From: Schmidtea polychroa
Taxonomy: Eukaryota
Direction: 5' to 3'
DNA: 64,000 bases
Assembly: GCA_044892525.1 (NCBI GenBank)
Contig: CM097887.1
Span: 144,376,397-144,440,396, forward strand
The position numbers and the translations under genes are program-made. The notes under the pieces were generated by a model. That model was not told where the DNA came from and searched no databases. It was given only the letters and a program-made list of their open reading frames with translations. Shown here one piece after another: positions 39,026 through 51,090 of the stretch (within the stretch, counting starts at the first letter, position 1; the number at the start of each line of letters is the position of its first letter).

Positions 39026-40619
39026 TTAAGTAAATTACACACATATTCTATTTAGCTTTGAAAGGGTAGAATGCACGTTTAAGTTTAATAGGAAAATTGC
39101 TAATAAACATTTAAATTGTATTTATTAAATTACATAAATTTTTATATAAACATTTAAATTATTAAATTAAAGTAAGCTTAAAATATAAATTATTACTTAA
39201 TTAATAAATTAAACCAGCATTGAAATCAACATCAAAATTAAAAGAAAAGCCTCGAAGTTATTTGTTTTAATATGACGAAAAAAGTGCAGTTTTTAATAGA
39301 ATAAATTTTACTTAAGTAATTTTATTTTAGTAATATTATTAATTGATTTTATGGATACCGAAAATGAATTTGATGTCATTGCGGCTAACAAGCTTTATTA
39401 ATAAATAAGTAGGTGAAATAGACACACAATGTGTTGTTTAATTGAATCGACTTTAAAAGAAGGCCATAACTGGATCAAATACACATACAAATACCATACA
39501 GTTAAATTAAATCGATTTTATAAATAGGTCACCGCTGGACCAATTTAAGTCAAATCAAAATTGAGTAAGTAAAATACACATACTATATTTTTTTTATATA
39601 AAATACTATACAATTCATACATACTTTTGAGGTAGAAAAGTGACTGTGTGCATGTATATGTGTACTGGGAAATAAATAATGAATATTTCAACAAGTTTTA
39701 AGAAAATACATGTAATTTTGTTAAAATTTATGAAAATTATGTATTTTAGGGTTCAAAATTGTCTGGGTATATAAAGACGTAAATATGGAGCAAATTTTAA
39801 TTGGAAAATCACAAATTAAGCATTTAACATTTAAACACACACAGGTCATATGATAACCAGTTGTCATTGGAAAGATAAAGAAAATCGAAACACGTCCGTC
39901 ATGCACTTATAGTGCACTTATCCTTGTTTACCGTGAAAGTGTATTGCACCTAATTGTTATTATAAGTAAGAAATTAACAAATCAGATTTATATTGAAACT
40001 CAAATTTATTAATACAAATAGAAGATAACTTCAAATATTATTTATAAAGTGTATCAAACTACGTTCATAATAAATTTATTAAACGGATTTATTTCAAATG
40101 ACCAAAATGAGGTGACTTTCAGCTGCTCGTGGAATATACAAAGAAGATTGTTGATGACCAGCTAATTCAGTATTACCTCAACATGGAAACAACAGAACAG
40201 AAAATGCGATAGTTCAAGGTTTTCGAAATGCTATTCGATAATCAAAATAAATGGAGCAGAATTGTAATAGGTGTCCTCTATATGAAGAATGTAATAATCC
40301 AAGCTGGCTTTGACTTTGAAAGTTATTTTAAGTGGTCCGCATTTTATTTTTATTTTGTAATTTTTATTAATATTATTATTCAAATAATAGAATCAAAAAT
40401 CCTATGGGTAAAAAAATGTTGGTTAGGAATCTTTAATCCAAAATGCCACCAAATCGAGGAAATCAGTGGAAAATATTCGAAAATATAAAAAATTCATGAA
40501 AATAGCCGCTGGTCTTGTATATTTATGTATAAAACATTTTAGTCTTATTTAATTACTTTTATTACTTTTATAATTACTTTTAATTATGACAATTGTAAAT
40601 TGGTTATATATCATATACA

Positions 40620-40643
40620 TTATTATTATTATTATTATTATTA

Positions 40644-40692
<49 letters not shown>
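40620..40692. repeat. (ATT)n microsatellite
   Basis: Direct reading. Confidence 0.9.
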
Positions 40693-40694
<2 letters not shown>

Positions 40695-40716
40695 TTATTA
40701 ATTTATTATTATGTGT

Positions 40717-41460
40717 CTAGAAGACTGTGTCGCCTGCATTAATATTAATTTCACAATTAAATGCATCCATATATTTTGCCAATTCATTATATTGGAGATG
40801 ATAGATATGCAGTTTAGACAGATCTATCACTAAATGACCGATGTAATCAGGTCTGTCTAAATATATCGAATCCTTATTCAGATGAGCAGAAATCAAATCA
40901 TCATCAATTCTGATGAATTTTCTGAAAATCATTTTGAGGCATATGCCATGATCTTTTCAGCAGAATCACATAGCCTCAAAGTCATTCGTTTTTTAAGATT
41001 CTCAACGGATTTACGATTTAAGCTGTTATTGTATAATTGTTATTGTATATAAATCACTGGTCGATCCTGATCTTAATTTTGTGTTTTTATCTATATATGT
41101 TGTAAATATATGTGCTTGCTTAAATTTAATTGTTTGATGAATGTTAACAACCTTCGCACTGAGTAAAAAATAAAATTTAAGAAGACCCCAGTGAAGAACA
41201 TAGTTCTTCTGGAGCCAATGCGTGAGCATTAACTTTTCAATTTTGGAATTCGGTGGGCACATATTTTACGGAGAAATAAGGAAATCATTTAAAAAATTAT
41301 GAAGATAATCAGCAATTTCAATAGCAACCTCTATATTATACCCATGTGGAAGGATTTCAATATTCTCATTCACACATTAAATAAGAAAATCATTCAGATT
41401 TGCATACAGTGTCACCATATAGAAGATTTTGGCTAAAAGTCCAACTATACAAATTATTTA
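40717..41460 (-). pseudogene. Polinton/Maverick (adintovirus-like) protein-primed DNA polymerase B remnant
   Basis: LYSWTFSQ, GYNIEVAIE, KLMLTHWLQKNYVLHW, KFKQAHIFTTYIDKNTKLR, LDRPDYIGHLVIDLSKLHIY, GDT follow the pPolB motif order. Confidence 0.75.
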
Positions 41461-42068
41461 TGTCTATATATATATATATATATACCAGAGGTGCACAAAG
41501 TGTCTATTTTCATTGTGTATAATAATTGCATGTTTTGTTTATAATTTATTAAAATTAAAGTCGGTTTTTCAGTCACGTATATTTTTTCAATTATAATTTT
41601 TAAATAATCAATATTTCATTTTAAATAATAATTTTAAATAATTTGAAGATTGTATTAAGGCGTTTAAACACAAGAAAAGAATAACATTTTTCTTAAACTA
41701 TTAAGTAAAGTATATTCCAGATTTTTCTACTAAGTAATATGAAGTATTAGAAAATATTTGAAAGGGACAACGATCGAAAGTTTGGGAAAAATTAGGCAAT
41801 TTTGGTATTGAAATTTTGATAACTATTTTGAAATCTTCATAATTTCTAGCATAATTAAAAGCAATCAAAAAAATTATTTAAATTAAAAATTTATTAATAA
41901 ACAAAAATAGCAGAGATAAAAATAAAATGCAATTTCACATCGTTCTGTAAATCCGGCATTTCCGAACAACCAATCAGAATTGAGTTAAATATTCCCGGTA
42001 AATTGACAAATTGCGTTGTTTCACATCTATTTATAAAAAATAAATTCCAATCGGATTTTACAGCAGAA

Positions 42069-43370
42069 ATGAGCTTTAATTCTGATCGAGTGGAAGCAGG
42101 CGATGGGACTTTTATGTGTTCGAATAATAACGGAATAAATGCATATCCTATTTACAGGTGGATGATCGACACAAGAACAGTATCTTGTAGAACGGGAAAA
42201 GCTAAGAAACAAGATAAAAAGAATAATAATGANNNNNNNNNNNNNNNNNNNNNNNNNNNNNNNNNNNNNNNNNNNNNNNNNNNNNNNNNNNNNNNNNNNN
42301 NNNNNNNNNNNNNNNNNNNNNNNNNNNNNNNNNNNNNNNNNNNNNNNNNNNNNNNNNNNNNNAGTATGTAAGCTGTGTAAAATGAAATATTTCGACCTAA
42401 AATTACTCAAATTACTTCAATATAAAATTTAACAAGTCTTTCTTTCTCTGCTTCCTTTCGAATTAAATCTTTCTTCTCATATAAAATTTTTAAACATACA
42501 TATTTAAACAAATTAAAACATGTTAAAAATAAATTTAATTCCAAAAATTAAAATATGAACAAATTTATACAATTTTCAAAAATTTTATATGTCAAAATAT
42601 TGTTTTATTAAAGCATCTTTGATAAGCATCCTTATAATAAGGATAAGGCTTTTAATTGGCAATATCGACACAATTCTCTTTCACTATAATTTATAATTTC
42701 AATTGGAAAATATGTGGAACAAGTGAGTGGATTTGAAAATGTTAAAAATATTTTTTTCAATCCTATTAAATATCATATTTAATGAAAATTTCATTATTAA
42801 TCTAAAAATCTTCTAGACCTTCTACAGACTTTAACAAGCAAAAGTTTACTGATGCATTAAATACATAAAATTCGACAATGATATATATATATATGTATTA
42901 TGCTGGAAATCTTCCAGACTTTCCACTGTTTAGTTTTCATAATGCATCAGATAAAAGTATTTTTGAATTTTCTTTAATCTTACATTATTGAAACATAATA
43001 TTAATATAAATTTAATAAAGTTCAATAAAAGTTTGATAAAAGTATAAAATGAACAAATGAAAAAGAAAATTTGCAATCCTATGTAACAATCCTCTGCGAG
43101 ACATTGAAATTAAATATTTCAATGAAAATTATTAAAGTAAATAATTAACTAAAATNNNNNNNNNNNNNNNNNNNNNNNNNNNNNNNNNNNNNNNNNNNNN
43201 NNNNNNNNNNNNNNNNNNNNNNNNNNNNNNNNNNNNNNNNNNNNNNNNNNNNNNNNNNNNNNNNNNNNNNNNNNNNNNNNNNNNNNNNNNNNNNNTAAGC
43301 CTTTTTCTGCAAATAATGTATTTAATGAAAGAATTTTCGACTATAAGATAGTCCTTGTCAATCTTATTAA

Positions 43371-43439
<69 letters not shown>

Positions 43440-44484
43440 TATTATTATTATTATAATTATTTTGATAATTTAATTTAATTTTGTTTAAATCAGATATTAT
43501 TTATTATTATGCAATAAATATAATATTAATTTATAAAAATTCTATAAAACGTGGAACCGTTGATACTTTTCGATTTTCATCAAGAAATAATATTCATTAA
43601 ATTCTATGTCATAATCAGAAATCTAAGGGGATTTGTGAAAACATCATTAATAATAAGAAATAGGAAGTCTTGTGTCAATGAAATAAATGCAGTGGTTGGT
43701 TTAGTTGATAAATGCTAGCGGAACCGAGTAGTCATTTTCCACATGCCTTGGTCGTCAAGTTGTTGCAAAATGCTCGTCCAAATCTAATCCGATGTGACAT
43801 GTTCCACATCGGTGAATGTGACAGAATCGTATTTGCAATATCACATATTCATTCTATACATTCGATTCTCGCTCGTACTTTCTGACAGTCAAGGAAACGA
43901 GAATTATTAAAATTATGCCTTTAAAAAAGACATTTTACCATTCACCATTCTGAGGAATTTCATTAAATTAAATTTCCTCTAAAATCTATAAAAATTTGTA
44001 ATTAATGTAAATTAATAAAAGGGGAATCTTCTAAAGACAATCATGAAAACGTTTTATAATAAAATATTTTATCCATTAATCTGAAATTTAAATGAACAAA
44101 ATATTCTTTGGTGACAATGATCTGCACTTTTGAACTTGGAAATATTTTATCAGGTCAAATGAGATCAGACAAATTAAAAATTATAATAAAAATATTTTTT
44201 GAATTTAAATTTTTAAATAATTTTTTAGAAAATGCTTACAATTATAAAGATGATGCTTGTTGTACAGTTTCATCCACGAGCAAACGATGCCGTTCGGCGT
44301 ACACGAATAATCAACTTGTGGAATTGGAAAAGGAATTTCATTACAATAATTATCTTGCAAGAGGAAGACGGACTGAATTATCGAAACAGTTACTCCTGAC
44401 AGAACGACAAGTCAAAATTTGGTTTCAAAATCGTCGTATGAAGCAAAAGAAAGAGAAAAAAGAAATTGAAAAATCACGAATTCA
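42069..44484 (+). CDS. Hox3-like homeobox gene (exon 1 from 42069 into a gap; exon 2 44229-44484; 3' end not seen)
   Basis: Exon 1 carries hexapeptide-like IYRWM; exon 2 follows a tttag acceptor and ends at a GTTAGT donor. Confidence 0.7.
43370..43455. repeat. (ATT)n microsatellite in the Hox intron
   Basis: Direct reading. Confidence 0.9.
44279..44458 (+). CDS. ANTP-class homeodomain, closest by eye to Hox3
   Basis: [60 protein letters not shown]; [13 protein letters not shown] is Hox3-like. Confidence 0.92.
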
Positions 44485-45619
44485 GTTAGTTGCCTTTATC
44501 TTTATTTTTATTTTGACATTGATATTGATTTTTAACAAAAATAAAACTATCAGTAAAATTTTTATTTTGAAAATGAAAATATAATTCTTACAAATTTGTT
44601 TATGCTTTCAAATACCAATATACTATTGCTATTTTGCTGTGAGATATAGGTCAAAGCCCCCCTAGAAATAGTAAGTCAATTTTATTTTTATACAATGGAA
44701 AAGAAATCATTGGTGANNNNNNNNNNNNNNNNNNNNNNNNNNNNNNNNNNNNNNNNNNNNNNNNNNNNNNNNNNNNNNNNNNNNNNNNNNNNNNNNNNNN
44801 NNNNNNNNNNNNNNNNNNNNNNNNNNNNNNNNNNNNNNNNNNNNNNNNNNNNNNNNNNNNNNNNNNNNNNNNNNNNNNNNNNNNNNNNNNNNNNNNNNNN
44901 NNNNNNNNNNNNNNNNNNNNNNNNNNNNNNNNNNNNNNNNNNNNNNNNNNNNNNNNNNNNNNNNNNNNNNNNNNNNNNNNNNNNNNNNNNNNNNNNNNTA
45001 TTTTAGTATAAACAGGCATATAACGAACCATTCAAATTCAGCAAAGAAGAAAAACTATTTCCTACCCATTCATATCCAAAGAAATACAATTTGTCATAGG
45101 CACGCGGAATTGAAATAAATTGCATCAAATTCATAAAATATTTCATTAATTGTATCTTATAATTTAAATATTTTAGATAACAGCAATGTTATCAAAATAA
45201 ATAGCAAAATGTTATCATTTATATTATAAAACACATTCAGAGGTAAAATTTTTAATTAAAAGTTCATTCAATTATAAATAAATAATAATTTAATAAAGAT
45301 ATATATTAAATAAGGTTTTATTAAAAAATATTCCGTGACAAACAAATTACAAATAAATTTAATAATCATAAACTTTATTTAAAATAATTAAAACTTTAAA
45401 TAGAAATGTATTTAGCACTCAAAGATTTAATAAAAATACAACCAATGATTAACAGTATAATCAGAGAAATAAAATATTTATATATTATTTATTAAATTAT
45501 ATTCTGACTCGTGTCTGTGTGCGCACACATTGTTCTTTTTGTTTGTTTGTGTGCTTCTTTTATGATATGTTCTGAAATTCGATCGATTTTCTTTTAATTA
45601 ATGCTTTGTGATCCCATTT

Positions 45620-46260
45620 TTCGAATATCCAAAAGAAAATGGCTTTATCAATCTACTGGATTTATAAGTGGATACTCAAACATGCGAATTCTACAGAAAA
45701 CCAGCCCACGAGGAAATATTTATGCACCAAAGATCTGCACTTCCTTACACTGCACATACTTATTATGCACATACTTACAGAAAGTTAAAGTCATAAAGAA
45801 CGAGAAAAAAATGATAGCCAATCGATGTACTAATGAGAAGGAAAACTATAAACATCAATTAAACTTCAATAAAGTTCTACATAAAAACGGATATTACAAT
45901 ACGAACATTGAAAGAATGATTTCAAATCCAAAAAGACCTAGGTATACAAAAATAAAAATAAGAAAATTTTTTATCTGAATATACCATTCGATTGTGACAT
46001 ACTCGACTTCAAGATCTTGAAAATACTTAAAATAAAGCCTTCCAATTCCTATAGGATGCGAATCTTGGACATTCATGGAACCTATGGCAAATACAGAAAT
46101 AAAGAAAACATTGCACAATGGAAAACTGCCAGGCACCAAAGAAAATATGCTTTCAAAATTGTTTACTGCATTATGTGCAATGTATGCAAAGAATTGCATT
46201 GAGGAATTGCAAAGAGGAATTGCATTGAAATTATTCCCCAGAAATTTTCATCAAAGAGTT
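45620..46260 (+). mobile_element. Penelope-like element remnant
   Basis: VLHKNGYYNTNIE and IVYCIMCNVC (GIY-YIG-like); homologous to 17130-17660. Confidence 0.65.
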
Positions 46261-47027
46261 AAAAAAATCTGGATCCTGGTGGAAAATCCTCGTACACAGA
46301 AATCTCCAACAATGTCAACCAAGGAAGAAAAGAAAAAATATTTTAATTAAAATTTTAGCCAGTTACAACATGCGAAAAAATACTAAATTTAAAGAGGTAA
46401 TTTTCGTCATAGACAATCAACACTAAGGTAGAAATAGAGGAATTGCCAGTACAAATAATATCTGCCAAACTGCTTTTTCAATCGAATTTCCTCGATATAC
46501 TTGTATTAATCAACAGGTTCCTTATTTTTATGTTATCTTTCTGTTTTTTTTTTCTTGAGAACGTTTAACTATTTTCTTCTTCTCGTTTTCTCGTAGGTTT
46601 TCTTCTGTTTCTCATCTGATTTCTTCAGTTGCCCTTCTGCTTTTTATAGGTTGTTATTTTCTGACACTTAGAGATAATTCCAATTTGTTTTTCTTTTCTT
46701 TTCTACAACCGCCAATTCCACTCATTGCTGTTATCTCTGACAGCTGTCAAGATATGTCACTTTGTTTGCTTTTTCTCTTTTTTATTTCCCAACCTTCTTC
46801 GGTTATTCACTTTATTTTATATAATTTCCACCAATACTTTTGTTCACTTTAACAATAATTATTTAATTTTTATTATTTAAGTATCCTCTCAACATATGTA
46901 TTAAATGAAAATGTTCATGATTGTATAATCATTTGAAAGGATTATCTAATAATCGAAAATTATTTCATTTCCTAGCAAAAGGTTTATCTTATCATTTGCC
47001 TGTTTAACATTTAATGTCTGCTGCTAC

Positions 47028-50000
47028 TGTTGGGGTCACACCTCGGCTGACCATTCTACCATGTTGGCGGGTCTAAGGGTTGATTGTCCATCTCGAATAG
47101 AAGGTGCCACCGATTTGTCAACCTGGAGTGAAACCCCACATAACTTTCTTCCAACATAGTGCCCGTGAATCACTTCACGTTGGTACTGCACTATGCAGGC
47201 GAGACGCCAGCAAGCAGGTGAGCTTCTGCCTTAAAACTACTCCTTGCTGAGGCCTCGACTTCCCATTCACGACTGCCGATAGAAGGGCTTACGTCCATTT
47301 CCTTACACAACCACCTATCAGGATTCGCTGAATGCAAATTGGGAAATTCTCGCTAGATCTTGCGGGTCCTCTTCTCAACCCACTTAATTAAAGTCTAATT
47401 ATTCAGGAACGAAAACGTGTAAGACAACAAGATTTATTAATTTCAACGTTATGACACAAGGATTCAGCTGTACACTTTACTAATGTTTGTCGAAAGAAGA
47501 GAAGACATCATAATCAACATAGATCGGATCCTTGTTCCTCATCCTGACCGCCACTGGGGTTTTATTGTTTCTCCCATTCAGTGTCGGCGAATAATTCGTC
47601 GAGGTTGAAAAACTCGGAAGCGTTCTCTTCCCACCTTACGCCAGCGGCTGATATGATTCGCGCTGAGGGTCCCGTTGTTAGGTCGATGGACACGTGAGAG
47701 TTGCCACCGTTGGTTGAGTCCTCTATTGATGGGATGTTTGGCTTTGCAGTAGCGCGCTCGCGCTGTCTCTTCTTGCGCTCTGCACGAGAGAGTTGTTTGC
47801 GCTTGGGTTTGCTTGAAGATGCCCCTTGCAGAAGGGTGACTGATACAGATGGACTAGCAGTGGGGGGCTTACTGGTACCCGTGAGGACAACATCTGGACG
47901 CTTGGGGGACCATTCGGTTTCGACGCAGTCTCGGCACGGTCTCTTGAACGGTGGAGATGGATTCGAGGAAAGGTTGTGATGAGGCGGAAAGATGTCATCG
48001 GCCTCTCGGATGGGAATCTGCACGATTTTTCGGGTTGTAGCCGCCTGCACGTAAACCTTATGCAGTGCCTCGGATTGTTCTCTGATTAGACTTCTTTGGG
48101 CACGGCTCTCAGATATTAGCGCGTCCCGGCAATGCTCGCTACGATCGAGCTTCTTTTGGATCTCTTTCATCCGAGCGGGACTAAACCATGTCCCTTCCAG
48201 CTCGTCTATCTTCCTCTTGTAACGTCCAATCTGAGTTTGTAGGTCCTTTATCACCGTATTTTTATCCGCGCACGAGAAGCACGGCCGTAATGCTGATTTA
48301 GTGGTTGGTAGCATGCTTGCTATAAATAATACTAATGAAATGGAGAACATACGATTTTAGAATAAATTAGATACGACCCGCGTCCATTCGTGGATACTTG
48401 ACCGTCGAAAAGAAGGAAAACTTATTCTACAATCCGGTTTTACTACGGATCTTAGTTGTTAAAACAGTTTATTTAACCAAATGCCATCGGTTTGACGCAT
48501 GTTATTAACTTTGACTATCTATTGATCTAACTGTATGCATGAGGGACGTAATAATTGATAGGGTGTAAATATAATATTGGTGAAACAATATAATAATGCT
48601 TTAGTAGAGGGACATTATAGTATGCGACCAAACCTTGCTATATGTTATCTATTTTGATTTATTAAAAACAAATTACTATCGCTCTCAACATATTTTTGAT
48701 TCGAAATTTGTTATTGGAAGTGCACTTTTAATTCGGTAGTGAATGTGATTATCTATGTTGTCTACCATTGGTCTGAAAATATGTGATGAGTTTACCTCAG
48801 CCATTACTTTACCACCCTCATGGAAAATCCCATCGGTCATAACATATCCAAATTTACGGATACTGCTGTCGACTGGTTGATTACATTATCGACCTATTGT
48901 GAATGTCACGTGTCGCGACTACTATGTATGCTAGTCTGATATTCTGTGCTCTCACCACATGGATTCGTGTATGGCTACTATCTTATCTCACTCACTTGGT
49001 GTATGCCATTTTCACGGTGATTTTATCGATCCTGCTGTCGTATGATTTTCTCTGCACAGTGATTTATTTGAGTTATGATTTATGCTACCGCCAGTTCTCA
49101 TCGCGGAATTTTACCCTTATCAACTTGTGTGAATGATCACCATCGTTTGGAAATTTATTGGGTCTTTTCAGTGATCGTCGAGGGAATAATTCTACCAAAT
49201 ATTGGAGCATATTACTACTCTCGTCATTCTACTCGGATTTTCCTATTCAGATGTAATGCCGTCTCGATGAAACCTGTCCTTTTCTCTCAGGTTCAATAAT
49301 TTGGATATATACAGAGATGACCTGGCTCTTATTGTAGAAATAAATGTTATTAATTAAATTTGGTGATATTTTACCTGTTTATAATTTTTGAAATAACTAA
49401 GTCTATAAAAACTTTCTGATTATAATACTAGAGAGGTTTTCGTAGAATCTCGCATTTTATAGTTTCGAGTTAGTTAAAGTTTTTAGAATACTTTCGTAAC
49501 TTGACATACAATCTGGACAGGTTAGATGACATTGGGTCTATGATAACGGAATTTCATACGAATTTAGTTCTACTGAGTCCGGCAAATAGACGTTGTCGCA
49601 ATTAATTTGATAAAACCATGTTTCCAGATGAAGTGTACTATGAGATGTTGTTATTTTTGACGAAGTTCACTAAATCGTGGTCTGGATCTCTTTTTTCAAT
49701 AGGGGTAAGACTTACGAAAACGACTTGACGAAAGAAGAATGCGACGCCCTCAATCACTGTGCAAATCCTTGAAAATCCCTTCATTCGTATGACTATCTTT
49801 GTGAAATCATTGTCTACCGGTTATTTTTTATCCATACCCCATTGTGATAATTTAGTCGCATCTTCAGCGATAGGACCCGTGAAGAAGCCTTCACATTTCG
49901 GCCCAATCTAGCTGCGCGATTGAAATACCCCATGTCCACCGGCTGAGCTCCCGAAGGCACCTCATACCATGACATGGAGTATCTCAACTCCACGTTACTC

Positions 50001-50235
50001 GTTAAATGAAAATTCATAAAATCTTTAATTCAAATAAAATACGGACATCTGGATAAAAACATTTTATTGATTCTGAAATACTTAAATAATACAAATTCCA
50101 TCAATACGTTAAAGTTATTAAAATGGAGAATCAAATGAAGAGAGTTAAAAATGTTTAATCGTTAATATTTAACATTATTATTAGCTTTGCAAATACTTAA
50201 ATAAATCTATAAACAAATGAAATACCCCTTACTAT
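47028..50235 (-). mobile_element. LTR-like/GC-richer block: either the distal part of a 3.8-kb LTR or a separate older element
   Basis: Sharp compositional edge at 47028 (minus-strand end CCCCAACA); AATAAA on minus near 47435; contains ORF 47562-48350 and decayed coding-like sequence. Confidence 0.4.
47562..48350 (-). CDS. Unknown protein (about 250-262 aa): CxxC, coiled coil, Pro/Ser-rich region, basic NLS-like stretch
   Basis: Intact ORF followed by a poly(A) signal about 125 nt downstream; PCFSC, PCRDC, KPKRKQLSRAERKKRQRER. Confidence 0.5.
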   Translation of the reverse strand: MFSISLVLFIASMLPTTKSALRPCFSCADKNTVIKDLQTQIGRYKRKIDELEGTWFSPARMKEIQKKLDRSEHCRDALISESRAQRSLIREQSEALHKVYVQAATTRKIVQIPIREADDIFPPHHNLSSNPSPPFKRPCRDCVETEWSPKRPDVVLTGTSKPPTASPSVSVTLLQGASSSKPKRKQLSRAERKKRQRERATAKPNIPSIEDSTNGGNSHVSIDLTTGPSARIISAAGVRWEENASEFFNLDELFADTEWEKQ

Positions 50236-50864
50236 TGTTAGGCTGAGTCAAAATTCAATGTTGTTCGTTCCAAATAGTTCTAATGGTGGTCCGTTGGATG
50301 TCGATTATTGTGATGAATGGTATTTCGGTCTCTGAACTGGTTTTGAATAGTTGTGGAGTTTTCTGAATGACGGTTGCTTGGCTAGTAGTGTCGATCCTAT
50401 GAAATGCTCGGGGTTAACAGTAAAAACAGTAAACATTTTTCTTACCTATGAAATGCTCGGGGTTAACAGTAAATTTAATGTTTTTGGTAGTTGTATATAT
50501 ATCAAATTCTTATTTGTGCGGACCAATCAGAGTTGAGTACCGCTTATTTCTATTAATTTAATATAATTTTCTTGTTTTTAGGTTGTTTTTTCCTTATTTT
50601 CTTTATTTTTAATATGTTTTTCTATTTATTTCCTTAATTTCCTTATTATTTCTTGAATTCCTCTTTATTTATTTGTCCACTTGTTCTATTTTAATCTTTT
50701 CTTAATTTTATTTTTTGTTTTAATTCTTATGTCTTAATTATTATTTTCCTTATATCTTATTCTATTTTATTTCTGATTTTATTTATTTTATTATTATTTT
50801 TCTTAATGTTCTACTTCCCTACTTTCCTATTTTTCAACGATTAAATTTTCGACTCAGCCCAACA
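50236..50864 (-). repeat. Candidate 3' LTR (629 bp) of the giant element
   Basis: Minus strand TGTTGGGCTGAGTC...GACTCAGCCTAACA; about 30-bp imperfect inverted ends; CCAAT then TATATATA near 50500-50530; 29-bp direct repeat at 50396-50424 and 50445-50473. Confidence 0.55.
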
Positions 50865-50887
50865 AATCACTCGGGGACCCATCAAAA

Positions 50888-50900
50888 TTGCGTCCCGCAA
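50888..50900 (-). promoter_or_regulatory. TTGCG-GGA-CGCAA hairpin just upstream of the PPT position
   Basis: Perfect 5-bp stem 24 nt from the LTR start; resembles the TTCG-GGAC-GAA-type motif often found before Gypsy PPTs (recalled pattern). Confidence 0.5.
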
Positions 50901-51090
50901 TTGCATAATTAACTTAATTCATTCATTCAAAAAAAAATATAACACGAACACTGAAAATTATACAACAATGATAAAAATTTTATTGTAAGATCAAGGTCAA
51001 AGCAAGACCAAGCAAGTATCACTTAAGGTGATAGTTGGTACATACAATAAAAGTTTCCACATATAATAACACAAATGTTTGAATTAGAGT

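Noticed and set aside
44485-44584. Hydrophobic C-terminal tail on the Hox ORF (membrane-tethered homeoprotein)
   Set aside because: It begins at a good GTTAGT donor and is T-rich intron read-through.
498-45031. ORF-track entries made mostly of X
   Set aside because: Artefacts of translating through N gaps.
46380-46800. Second Helitron N-terminal remnant on minus (FACCNW)
   Set aside because: Plausible but too decayed to support.
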